In this document: piece by piece, positions 24,660-36,204 of the stretch
How the letters are laid out: the number at the start of each line of letters is the position of its first letter
How positions within the stretch are numbered: position 1 is the stretch's first letter
Assembly: GCF_006345805.1 (NCBI RefSeq)
Contig: NC_043001.1
Span: forward strand, 51,832,001-51,896,000
DNA: 64,000 bases
Direction: 5' to 3'
Origin: Octopus sinensis
Taxonomy: Eukaryota
Notes under the pieces: generated by a model
Told to the model about the DNA's origin: nothing
The model's database searches: none
The model's input: only the letters and a program-made list of their open reading frames with translations
Made by a program: the position numbers and the translations under genes

Positions 24660-25205
24660 GAGTGAGAGAGCAGTGCATGCCATCAAAATGACAATGGGGT
24701 AAAATATATGAAGCCCAGTATACCCATCATGACTACCCATCTGATAAGGGTACACTAGGCACATGCATCACAATGACACGGTGATCTCATAGCAAGATAC
24801 ACAGCACATGACCTTGCAGGTGGGGCCCAGTTAGAATTTTCTTCTGGTCGAGTAACTCATCCCGCTCAAAAGGTCCCTGAATAAGGATTGTTTAAGAATG
24901 TTGAACGAAACACCCATGTTTCCAGAGGTGAATTATTCAAACCTCAAAGAATCTCTTTCAACACATGGCTATGATGCTCCCCGACTACTTCTGCTCGTGA
25001 TCAGAGGTGCACATATCGTCAGCCAGTAAGGGACATGCTCGACTGGTTAAGGTCAAGAAACTGACAAGCAAATCTGTGGTATTGAGCAGAATATTTGCTG
25101 TAGCCCATCTTTTATACCAAGACAAAACAATGTACATGATAACACTTCCAATCAGTTAAGATCAGAAGCAATGGGAGCCACGGCCTGGTACTGTATCAGG
25201 GCATT
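24660..25205 (-). mobile_element. About 520-540 bp non-coding repeat flanked by (TAA)n; probable non-LTR 3' UTR or SINE
   Basis: Reverse complement of 38484-39008. Both copies are bounded on both sides by (ATT/AAT)n. Confidence 0.7.
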
Positions 25206-25231
25206 TATTATTATTATTATTATTATTATTT

Positions 25232-25279
<48 letters not shown>

Positions 25280-25300
25280 ATTGTAGTAGTAGTAATTGTT

Positions 25301-25335
<35 letters not shown>

Positions 25336-25349
25336 TGTAGTAGTAGTAT

Positions 25350-25535
25350 TGAGGCAGCGAGCTTGCAGAATCGTTGGCATGCCGGGCAAAATGCTTAGCG
25401 ACATTTCAAATTTCGCCGAGGTCGACTTTCTTTTTTATCCTTTCAGGGTTGATGAAACAAGTACCAGTGAAACACTGGGGCCGATGCACTCGACTAGTCC
25501 CGTACCCCCAAATTGCAGGCCTTGTGCCTTTAGTA
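25350..25535 (+). mobile_element. SINE family B (internally deleted)
   Basis: Head GAGGCAGCGAGCTTGCAGAATCG and family B core. Confidence 0.7.
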
Positions 25536-25542
25536 GAAAGGA

Positions 25543-26131
25543 TTATTATTATTATTATTGTTGTTTACTATTAATCTGCATATTTGTTGCAGTCACCTAC
25601 CGAGACACCCAGTGTCCTGGGGTGAATGAAGGATAAGAGATGTTACAGTACAACTGAAAGCTCGAGGAAGGGAAGTAGCGAAATATCTTCATGTAATACA
25701 ACAATGGATAGGGTTTTTCTAACGATGTGGGCAGTACTTGTCAGTACAATCTGTATGGATTTTTCTGAGACATAGTGCTTCTGGGATCTTATCTAGATGT
25801 TTCTGACATCCCTTTTTTTTTTTACCACGCCTAGGGCACCTACATTAACAGGAACAGTTCTCGTTTTAAGATGCCGCATCTTTTGTATTTCAATTTCCAG
25901 GTATATTTTATTAACCTACACGTATTTACTTCCCTGTCTTTAATAATTATGTCTGGTCGATTAGCCTGGATCGTTCTGTCAGCGTTGACTGGAGAATCTC
26001 AGAGGATAGTGACATTTTTACTTTCAACGCCTGGCTCAGGATGATGTTCATATCAATAAGCAGGAGTGTTGATTTTGTAGTGTGATGTTCATACCAGTAA
26101 GCAGGAGAGCAGGAGTGCTGATTTTGAAGTG

Positions 26132-26132
<1 letters not shown>
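25543..26132 (-). mobile_element. 5'-truncated R4/Dong-like non-LTR retrotransposon (RLE C-terminus plus 3' UTR)
   Basis: The minus strand translates, across stops and frameshifts, to WYEHHPEPGVESKNVTIL*DSPVNADRTIQANRPDIIIKD...VPVNVGALG...TAHIVRKTLS, a restriction-like endonuclease end typical of the R4/Dong clade. (AAT)n on both sides. Confidence 0.75.
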
Positions 26133-26191
<59 letters not shown>

Positions 26192-26207
26192 TTTTTTTTT
26201 TTTATTA

Positions 26208-26395
26208 CGTTAGCACGCCAGGCAAAATGCTTAGTGGTCTTCACGTTCTGAGTTCAAATTCTGCCGAGTTCGACTTTGCATTTCATCCTCCCAATGTCGA
26301 TGAAATAAGTACCACTTCAGTACTTGGCTCGATGTAATCGACTTACTCCTTCCCCCATGATCGCTGGCCTTGTACCAAAATTTGAAATCGACATT
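26208..26395 (+). mobile_element. SINE family B (partial)
   Basis: Family B core. Confidence 0.7.
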
Positions 26396-27067
26396 TCAAT
26401 AGCTTCTGCTCGCGTGAATTAAGTATAGACATACCTCAACTTAAATCGGTAAGTGGTTTCAAGTAATGTGACTTAACTCGAAAACGTTGTAACACGAAAA
26501 AGACATTTTTAAACTTCATTAGCTCACATCTGTTTTAATAAATGAGGTGTATATATTTTCACATGTATTTTATATAATTTTCCTCGTATGCATTGATTTT
26601 TTCAGCTGTTTTTTTTTTTTACTTTAATGTATATGCTTTTAAATGTGTTCACTGAAATCAACGGAAAGCCGGATAAATTGAATGAAGTTGAGTTTTATAT
26701 TTTTCCATTTATTTCTTTAAAAAAAAATAACGACGTAAGGTCGAAGATGACATAACCATAAACGACGTATGTTGAGGTATGCTTGTACTTACTCTTTTAA
26801 TCCAAGGCCACTCATTCCACCCATTCGACATTCTGTCACGCTATTTTATCTTTTTTGTTTTGGTCATAACTCTCAGACTCAGCACTAAACATTTTGCCGA
26901 ATTCTTTCTCCAAGTTATCTCTCTTTGGAATTTCTCCCTGGCTTACAATTCTTCTTTTAATACTGGCTTATTCGCATTGAATACCACCCTCACTAATCTC
27001 ATTAGTCTGGGAGCTCATGATTATCTTATTGAAAGATTAAGCATACGATTGTATTATTTTAAAATTA

Positions 27068-27105
<38 letters not shown>

Positions 27106-27142
27106 TGTATATTATCATTTATTTTATTCATGCACCCTTTTC

Positions 27143-27240
27143 AAGCTTAGCCAGGCTCATTGGCCCGATTTCCCGGTTTCTGTGTCGTATGTGTTCCCCG
27201 CAGCTGGACGGGACGCAAGTCTATCGCAGCGTTACTCAAG
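27143..27240 (-). mobile_element. SINE family D, 3' fragment
   Basis: Matches 32235-32330. Confidence 0.65.
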
Positions 27241-27330
27241 AAACAAGAAGAAAGACTGAGAGAAAGTTGGGGGCGAAAGAGTACAACAGGGAACACACAC
27301 ACGCAGATACGCTACCACACACACACACAC

Positions 27331-27376
<46 letters not shown>

Positions 27377-28322
27377 ACACGCACAAACACTGACCATCTT
27401 CTCATTCTCCTATGCCAGAAACCACTTTCTTGTTCTCCTTTCATTTCTGGTCACTTCAGAAATGTAACCGCATGTGGCTTAATGTCGTTTTTCCTTATTT
27501 TTTCTTCTTATCTCCTTGGACTCTTCTCTTTCCGACGAAGAGCTATACTCGAAATGTTAACAACTTTCCCCTTTCACCAAGCGTCAAATTAATATATTTC
27601 TTGTGCACGTTCTCACGTACGTTTCTTTTCTTTTTTTTTCTCTGATTCTTTAATGTTTGTTATTTGAATTGACTATATGTGTGTGCGTGTGTGCGCGCAA
27701 TGGACTTCTGTGTTGTTTTTACCAACAGATACCAGATCAACCCGAGGCTATAATACGAAGTTACTTGCTCATGGAGCTGTGCAGTGAGATCGAAGCTGGA
27801 GCTTTGTAAATGCAAGCAAACTTCTAAATCGCTCAATTTTACTTGTTTACATACACTGACATATACAAATGTAAATATTCCTTTAAGTGTGTGTGTGTCT
27901 TTGTGTCTGCATGTGTGCGTGCATGTGTAGTTCCTTTATACTAACTACAGACATTGACCTCATTTTAGCCGGTGATAACTACAAAATTAACAAGACACAT
28001 CCTGTATAGCTGTCACGTTATACCAACCCTATCATATCATATGTTTACAGATCAGTTTATTTGCACAGTATTGATATCATATACAATACAGTATCTTACA
28101 TATAATATTTACCACCATTTTTGTTTAGCACCAATAAACCCTGAGAGAGTGGTTGTTCTCCGTCGGTCTCGACGGTGGATGTCAATCTCTAAAAGAAATT
28201 TAGATGTTCGACTAACTTGCAAAGCAAGTGGCTGAGCATTTCACATACAAACGAATATTCAACGCACCTCTCAAGTCGAATCAACATGATACTATGTGAC
28301 GAGGCTTAACCTATGAATTACA

Positions 28323-28403
<81 letters not shown>

Positions 28404-29789
28404 GTGAGATGAGAGATGCTCTGCTTACAACGTCATGAACAGTTGTAAACAAAATATCCAGCAAAATGTCTCGGATGAAGCCCTAACAGATATTTAACCA
28501 ATATCCTATTAACACGGACAACATCATCTCCTTACATTCTACTAGTTTAAAAGCCGTAATTTTAAGCTAACTCCTATGGAGGGCTAATTGGGCCTGCAAC
28601 CCAAAACTAAAGAAAGCGATAATAATAAGGCATTTATTAGTACCCTACCAATATGGTATTAGTTTAAATTCATTTTAAATGAAAAATTTGTAAGTTCACA
28701 AATTTTGGGAGTTCTTTTAGAATTTGAATTTTCAACTGTTAGCATATAACAAATCCTCATCCATACCTGATCCCAATGCTGGACGTTCAAGAACCAAACG
28801 AAGGACAGATTTTCAATCCTGGGTTCATACCGTTTCCCAAAAGGTATAATACGTCTATGTAGAGCAAATGTAGACTGAGATGTAGCTGTCCCGAAGCTGA
28901 TTTCCATTTGTCTGTCCGCCACAAGATATATGTGAAGGAAGGAAAAGGAGAGGAGAAAGTTGTTGTTGCCGAGAGAGAAATACAGTAAGATAGAAAGAGT
29001 GTTTGTGAAAGATAGATAGATAGGTAGTGTTATCACCATATTTCTGCGAACAAGTTGTGATAAAAAATACGGGAATTTTAAGTGCTAGTTTGTCAACATG
29101 ATGCCATGCAAGCTTTAAAAAAATGAAAAAGACTTTCACTATATAATAATATTGTTTGTTTTTGGCTGTTTGTGTTGCAACAGAGACAACACAACACAGA
29201 TTCTACAAAAGACTTTCACTATTATGACAGGCAGTTACTGCTGTTGTTCTTGTGAGAGGAATTCAGTGAGAGAAAGAGAAAGAGAGAGGTAGAGAGAGAG
29301 AGAGGTAGGGAGAGAGAGAGAAGGCAAAGAGACGAGAGAGAGAGAGAGAGAGAGAGTGAGAATAAGTGGTAGAAAGAGAGAGAGAGAGAGAGAGAGCGGG
29401 AAAGAGAGACAGAAAGCGAGTATGTGTGTGTGAAAGTTAGAACAATATCTCTGTGAAATAGCATCATCATCTAAACATCCACTTTTTCCTGCTTGCATGG
29501 GTTAGATGGAATTCCAGGTTGATTTTCAATGGATGCCTCACGTGTAACTAGCCTTCGCCTGTTTACAAGCAAAGCCGCATTTTCCCTGTGGCTAGCTATG
29601 TTTTCACAGAAGATGGGAAATGAAGGTCACTGCTTGCATGATAGTGACACTCACTTGACAACTATCATGTGAAATCAGGACAAAAGAAAGCGCGCGCGCA
29701 CATAGACACACAGACACACACACACACACACACACACACGATGGGCTTTTTTCAGTTTTTGTCTACCAAATTCATAGAAAATATTTTAT

Positions 29790-30455
29790 CGCTTCTATTG
29801 GTTTCAAATTTTAGTACAAGGCCAGTAATTTTGGGTGAGGTCAATTAGGTCGACTGAAGTGTTCAACTGGTACTTATTTTACCGAAAGGATGAAAGATAA
29901 AGTCGACCTCAGCGGAATTTGAACTGAGAGCGTAAAGACGGACGAAATGCCGCTAAGCATTTTCCCGGTGTGCTAGCATTTCTCCCATCTTGCCACCTTA
30001 GTTCAATTAAATATTAGTTTCACAAGGCCAGCAATTTAGAGAGAGGAGCAAGTCAATTAGATCAATCCCAGTGTTCAACTGTTACTTACGAGTGAGTGAT
30101 GAAAAGTTCCCGGTTTTAAGGGTATCGCGAAAGGCCTGGCTGGAGTCCTAAACTTCTTAGTTCTTTTACAGGGCTTAGAAAAACTGAAGGACCGCTGTTT
30201 ATAAGTGTATGAATCTGAGGCGGTGGGGGGGGGGTGAATCTGAGTTGGATAAAATCATAATTAATTCATCCTCCTCTATCTTCTTTCATCCAGAACCAGG
30301 AACTTTTCAGCACCCCCTCATATTTTACCAACCCCAAAAGGACGAAAGGCAAAGTCAACCTCAGTAGAATTTGAACTCAAGAATGTAAAAGCGGACAAAA
30401 TGCTACTAAGAATTTTTGCATGGCATGCTAACGATTCTGCTTAGCTCGCCACCTC
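29790..30455 (-). mobile_element. Two SINE family B copies, the second split by a mariner MITE
   Basis: Family B reverse complements at 29790-30010 and 30015-30455. Confidence 0.7.
30089..30320 (+). mobile_element. Mariner-derived MITE (about 230 bp)
   Basis: TIRs (C/T)GAG.G.GTG.TGAAAAGTTCC. TA duplicated at 30087-30088 and 30321-30322 inside a SINE. The interior encodes QGLEKLKDRC, a mariner transposase C-terminal remnant. Second copy at 57119-57335. Confidence 0.8.
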
Positions 30456-30489
30456 TTACATTAATTTAATATAGCACAAAAGTATAAAT

Positions 30490-30830
30490 ACTGGAGAAAT
30501 CCCCTTTCATCGTGAAACATGCTACAAATCATATACTGATAATAGGTGTTTAAACAGACACAAAAGAACATATAGTGGAGAGAAACCTTATTATTGTCAA
30601 ATCAGTGGGAAATTATATATTTTTTATAATAATGATTTAAACAAATACAGTTATGCAGATAAAATATCATTTTACTGCAGAAAAACCCTATGAATGTGAA
30701 ATATGTGGGAAACATTTCTCACGTAATTCCTATCTTGTTGTGCGCAAAACATACACACCTTAACGCTGTTATATATGTGGGAAATAATTTATCACTAACA
30801 ATTACTAAAAGTCACACAAGCACACGTTAC
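30490..30830 (+). pseudogene. Decayed tandem C2H2 zinc-finger array
   Basis: Translates with stops and frameshifts to TGEIPFHRETCYKSY...LNRHKRTYSGEKPYYCQISGK and TAEKPYECEICGKHFSRNSYL...RCYICGK*F. Repeated TGEKPY linkers. Confidence 0.75.
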
Positions 30831-32234
30831 AGACAAGCTTTTTAACAATGAAAAATATTTATTGAAAACCTTAACTTGTATAGTCCATCTACAAGTACAC
30901 ATTAGAGAATATTTATTATGAAATATGTTAGAATTGTGGCTGTTATATGTGAGTGCTACTTCTGCTTGAGCTGATTTGTTATCTGCTGATGTTGGGGGCT
31001 GACTGATGGCTGTTGGGTGCTGGCTATTATATCTAGCGTCGGAAGTCAATATTGTCCTAAAGTCTTGTCAGCCCTACCGAAAATTAATAAGAACAATAAA
31101 GGAACAATATAATAATATCAAACACATGTACTGGTTTTAGTATATTCACTTTCATTGGCACTGACAATGTCACACATCTAGAAGGTCTGTATGAACACCA
31201 TAATTTTCGTGGTACAAAATGATGCTGTCATGACCTGTGTGATTTTTTACAAAGCTGTGCTTTGGTGATTGTTGCAAAGGCTGCCGAAACAACGTCCTTC
31301 AGCTGTTGGGTATTCTGGTATCGCTCTTGTGAAACTATCCCCTTGATAATAGAAAATTAAACAATATTTACAAGTGGTGACAAGACTTTCGGACCGCCAC
31401 GTACATAGAAGAAAATGATGAAATCTGTTCAGTTCTTTACGAATGAACTTTATTTCTTGTGTGAGAGTTTGTATGTTATTGTAATTGAAATAGTATTAGA
31501 AAAGTCACTGCTAGTCATTGAGTTGTTGGGGATAGTTTGTTATATTGAAAGATGTTAGCTCGATTCAGGAGCTGCCCATGTTTGTCCGATATATCGTCTC
31601 TTCTACAGGCTCATGATGGAAGACGCCAAAACTTGATATTTGTCCATGTAAATCGTGATTGATCAGATCCCGTTGATCACTGGATCTTTTCCAAGTGATG
31701 TTGCGATTGGTCAGATTCTCTCATCATGTGAGTAACACTACAGCAAATTGCGATTTTCGGGTAAATGCTGAATATTCTCACTACAGAATTCATTCATCTT
31801 TTTAATTCTCCTCTCGTCATCTACAAACTAGGGAAACATTTATAGACTTCATTTGCTTCTAGGGGTGATCTGAAAATGGCAAATGAAGAAATATCCAGGA
31901 AAATTTGCACGCATAAATCTGTGTATTTGTGGTTTGTCAAATTTAACTCACGAAGACTCAACAGAGCATGCATCATGTAGTTACAATATTTTACTCATTT
32001 GAAACAATCTCATAACATATAAAGGATGATGTAACAGAAGTAATGTAACCCAGAATGGACAATATAAGAAATAGTAGCCTATATCTTTGCTTAATCACTT
32101 GTTGAACAGAATTGTACATTAGAATCCTTAGATTGAAGCTATACTCTCCAAAGAACTAGATACTATTTTTGATATTTATACATCGCAACTGAATTTTCTA
32201 CAAATATAATAAAATAAATAAATGCGCCCTTTTA

Positions 32235-32470
32235 AATCCTAGCCAAGCTCATGGGCCCGGTTTCCCGGTTTCTATGGCGTATGTGTTCCCCAGCTGGACG
32301 GGACGCCAGTCCATCGCAGCGTTACTCATTTTTGCCAGCTGAGGGGACTTAAGCAACGTGAAATGAAGTGTTTTGCTCAAGAACACAACGCGTTGCCCGG
32401 TCCAGGAATCGAAACCACAATCTTACGATCATGGTGCTGACACCCTAACCACTAAGCCACGCGCCTCCGC
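32235..32470 (-). mobile_element. tRNA-derived SINE, family D, full length
   Basis: Minus-strand head GGAGGCGCGTGGCTTAGTGGTTAGGG...GGTTTCGATTCCTGG and tail GATGGACTGGCGTCCCGTCCAG. Confidence 0.8.
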
Positions 32471-32509
32471 TTTCTACAAATATACTAACCATATATACGT
32501 ATATATGTA

Positions 32510-32825
32510 AAGGCGCGTTGCTTAGGGGTTAGGGTATTCGCCATACAACCATAGGGTCGTGAATTCAATTCCCGGCGTTGCATTGTGACCCTTGAGCAAA
32601 ACACTTTATTTCACGTTACTCCAGTTCACTCAGCTGGCAACATGAGTAGTAGCTGTATTTCAAAGGTCGGCCTTGTCACATTCTGTGTCACACTGAATCT
32701 CCCTGAGAACTCTTTAAGGGTACATGTGTCTGTGGAGTGCTCAGTCACTTGAATATTAATTTCACGAGCAAGCTGTTCCGTTGATCGGATCAACTGGAAC
32801 CCTCGTCGTTGTAACCGACGGAGGC
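32510..32825 (+). mobile_element. SINE with a family D-type head and family C body
   Basis: The head resembles family D. The 3' ~190 bp matches 13880-14045. Confidence 0.7.
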
Positions 32826-33075
32826 TTAGTTATATATATACATATATATTAATGTTTGTTTCTATGTTCAATTATAATAAAAACAGTTTTACATTAATCT
32901 GATGGGTTAATCAATACTTTTGTAGGGTACAAATTTATTATTCTTGTACATGAATCTTGTTGACAGTGACTTAAAGTTTCAACCAGCTAAGTCATTGTCA
33001 CCAACATTCCTGCGTGAGAATAATATATATATATATATAAAAGACTCATTTGAGAATAATGTATCTATATATATA

Positions 33076-33239
33076 AGACTCATATTGTCGTTGAATGCTA
33101 GAAATGAGGAGTAGATAGACAGCCGACGACTAATGAAGGGTCCTTTCTCTGTGTTAACTTGTCCTGTTTTCCCTTTTTCCTTGTTGTTTACGTATTTCAT
33201 ATTATTTGCATCGTTGGTGATGTCCTGTACCCATATATG

Positions 33240-33250
<11 letters not shown>
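33076..33250 (+). mobile_element. Partial terminal repeat of a Penelope-like element (degenerate permuted hammerhead)
   Basis: Direct repeat of 33758-33960. The core reads CTAATGA (G5A) and position 11.1 is C>A. Confidence 0.7.
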
Positions 33251-33276
<26 letters not shown>

Positions 33277-33304
33277 TATACATTACCTATTATTTATTAT
33301 TTAA

Positions 33305-33960
33305 TTCAACGCGACGCATCCATTTCCAAGTAAGTTTATCTTCGCCTATTTGAAGCCACTCTCAACTCTATAATGTTTTCTTCCTCCATCCTTCTGTATT
33401 TCCCTTTTCTCCCCTCCCTCCTTCACTGTTTTGCTATCTGTCTCTCTCTTCCCTCTTTCTCTTTTTCTCTCTTTCTCTCTCTCTCATTGCTCACACGTGA
33501 CCATCGTCCATCTTACTTTTCTTTACGTGACCATCTTTCATTTCCTGCATGGACGTTTAAATGGACGGACGTGTTTTCCTCTCTCTCTCTTCTCTCGCAG
33601 TGTTCACTATTTTCCTCTCGTTCTGGTCTAACGACCCTCCATGTTTGCTTTCATTCGGTTTCCCTGTATGTCTCCACTGTCATTTTTCTGTTCCCAGCTT
33701 TGACCCTCCATAAATCCTAAATCTTATTTTAGAATTCATGGGAGCAACTATCTTTGGAGACTCATATTGTCGTTAAATACTCGAAATGAGGAGTAGATAG
33801 ACAGCCGACAACTGATGAAGAGTCCTTTCTCTGTGTTAACTTGTGCTGTTTTCCATTTTTTCTCGTTGTTTCCGTACTTCACTCGTTTTCCTCGCGTTTG
33901 TTTACATATTTCATGTTATTTGCATCATTGGTGACGTCCTGTACCCATATATGTATGTAT
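33305..33960 (+). mobile_element. 3' end of a Penelope-like element (GIY-YIG C-terminal remnant plus terminal repeat)
   Basis: 33306-33365 translates to QRDASISK*VYLRLFEATLNS, resembling the E..FI..F...LN end of PLE GIY-YIG endonucleases. Homologous to 55965-56340 (-). Confidence 0.6.
33761..33823 (+). ncRNA. Non-circularly permuted hammerhead ribozyme candidate (intact core)
   Basis: CTCA-TA-TTGTCG (33761-33772), then ACTC-GAAA-TGAG (33779-33790), then CGACAA-CTGATGA-A-GAGT (33806-33823). All three stems pair. Confidence 0.65.
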
Positions 33961-34299
33961 GCATGTATGTATATATATGTATATATATATATATATATAT
34001 ATTTGCAGGGGTAGATACAAATTGTATTATGCAATATAATATATATACAGAATCAAGGCAACACTAACCTGGGGCACAAGGAAACACTAACCTGGGGCAC
34101 AAGGAAACACAAGTAACTGGGTGGGCAGAGATGACAACAACAATAGGGCATTTTGCTTGCTTTTCTTCTGCCATCAATTTAAAATGTCATGTTATCCCAG
34201 CATTCACAGGAAATCTGCTGGTGTTAGCTAAAGTTGTTCCCTTTATATTCGATCATACATTACACCTTTCACTAAAATATTTATGGGAATCCTTATATG

Positions 34300-34900
34300 T
34301 GAATTATAAACTAGAAATTGCCATATGAATACACACTGGTGTGTGTTTGGGGTGACCCCAAAACCTAAACAAATTATATCAATTTTAAATGCGTGTGAAA
34401 TAATTCAGTGTAAACTAAGTCTTCACATGTAATCCACGGTTGAATACTGACTGGGAAAAAAATTATCATTGTGAAATATGTTAGAAGTAATTTTCTGAGT
34501 TGTAAGCATATAATTCCCAATTACATCCTAGAAAAGATCTCGTTACTGTTATGGTATTTTCTGGCATACAAATCAAATTTTTCAGACCAAAATTTATAGC
34601 CAAAATAGTTACTGGTAGGTTGGCTTATTCACCAAGAGGATTTTGGAGGACTAAAAATTCCATGTGAAATGCAGAACGATTTGGTAAGAAGGTGATGATG
34701 TTTGAATGTTTACACTATATACTTGTTCACCTTGTATAACAGAAAATACAGTATTTGCCATTAAAACTTTTGCGAGAGAAACAATCTTATTAATCATAAG
34801 TGGAATGTACTGAGACAAAAAACTTATTGATGTAAAATTTGCAGTAAATTATTCCCATTCAAAAGTCATGCTGTTAGACATAAGCAAATATATATAGGAA
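34300..34900 (+). pseudogene. Second, more decayed C2H2 zinc-finger remnant
   Basis: Fragments TGKKNYHCEIC*K*FS (about 34450) and RNNLINHK...Y*CKICSKLFPFKSHAVRHKQIY.G (about 34780-34900). Confidence 0.55.
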
Positions 34901-35439
34901 GTAAATATAATTAAGATGATTTATTGAAAACATTCTCTATAAATTCAAGAAACATGAAAAATAACCGCAGAATTTATGTAAAATATTTAAAATTAACTAC
35001 AAAATATTTACATAAATATGCACATTAAAATATTCTTTAAAAAATGTCTCATAAATTAAAATCTTATAACTAAAATATTTGTTGGCTTTTATTTTCTGGA
35101 CAGTCAAAAATTACCTATTTCAAAACTGATTTATCAGTCTGAACGCTATTTGAAACAAAATATTGTTTAATAAAATTGTCTCTTTAACATATACAAACCT
35201 GAAGATAGAAGCTTCCATATTTTCATATATGCTTGAAACATTTAGAGCATTCTGGTATGTTAGTTTAATTGACTGGCTGTATTACTTTCTTGACAGTAGA
35301 ATTCTGAAGGTAGATGGATGTTTTGATATTTTGACTCCCTTGCTGATGTACACTGACACGCATACTTGGATGGTTGTAGCCATGCAACACATTTGCAGGA
35401 AAAAAACCCCATAAAAACTGTTTGCCAATATTCTTATAT

Positions 35440-35670
35440 ATTTCTTTACTATCCACAAGGAGCTAAACACAGAGGGGACAAACAAGGACAGACAAACAGA
35501 TTAAGTCGATTACATCAACCCCAGTACGTAACTGGTACTTAATTTATTAACCCCGAAAGAATGAAAGGCAAAGTCGACCTCGGCAGAATTTGTATCCAGA
35601 ACGTAACGGCAGACGAAATACCACTAAGCATTTGCCCGACATGCTAACGTTTCTGCCAGCTCGCCGCTTT
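35440..35670 (-). mobile_element. SINE family B, full length
   Basis: Reverse complement of family B from head to tail. Confidence 0.85.
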
Positions 35671-36204
35671 CTTTACCAATATTCTTGTAGTCAACGCTGC
35701 TACTAACTAACTTTGATGGTTCATATGTATAAGAAAACCAGACAAATGAAACTTTCAGTTACAAATATGTTGCGGTCATTCACTACAATGGTTCTTGTTT
35801 CTGTGAACTAGCAATCTGTGTGCAATCCCTACCTAGTGCACTTACTTAAATTCCTCTGAGTCAAAGTGGGACTCTCTATACAATCACACATTCTGCTAGA
35901 AATAGTAGCCAAATCTTTCTCAGACAGCACCCAACCATCTTAAAAGAACAAAACAAAAAGAGTTATATTTATCTTCGATACATTATTGTGACTGGTTGTA
36001 ACTTGAAAACCTCTATCAGAGGTCTGCTGAATCAAAGCCGATTTGAGGTCAAGCAAGAAAACAATCTTTAGATATACAGGATTTTAAAAATTTGGTCAAG
36101 GGGACCAAATTATTGAAAAAGGACTTTTGATTCAGATGAGACTTAACAAAAGTGCGCGTGCGCTCACACACACAAGTGGAAACTGAAAGAAGCCCTTTGT
36201 ATAA

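Noticed and set aside
31050-31405. Tc1-like MITE suggested by a 19-bp imperfect inverted repeat
   Set aside because: Only the right end looks like a complete TIR with TA. The left end is degraded and no second copy is available.
32400-32470. tRNA genes at SINE heads
   Set aside because: A/B-box-like motifs continue directly into SINE bodies present in many copies, and no complete cloverleaf was seen.
34065-34112. Short direct repeats (24 bp x2 here, 25 bp x2 at about 52393-52440) as CRISPR-like arrays
   Set aside because: Two adjacent copies with no spacers and no cas genes: ordinary tandem duplications.
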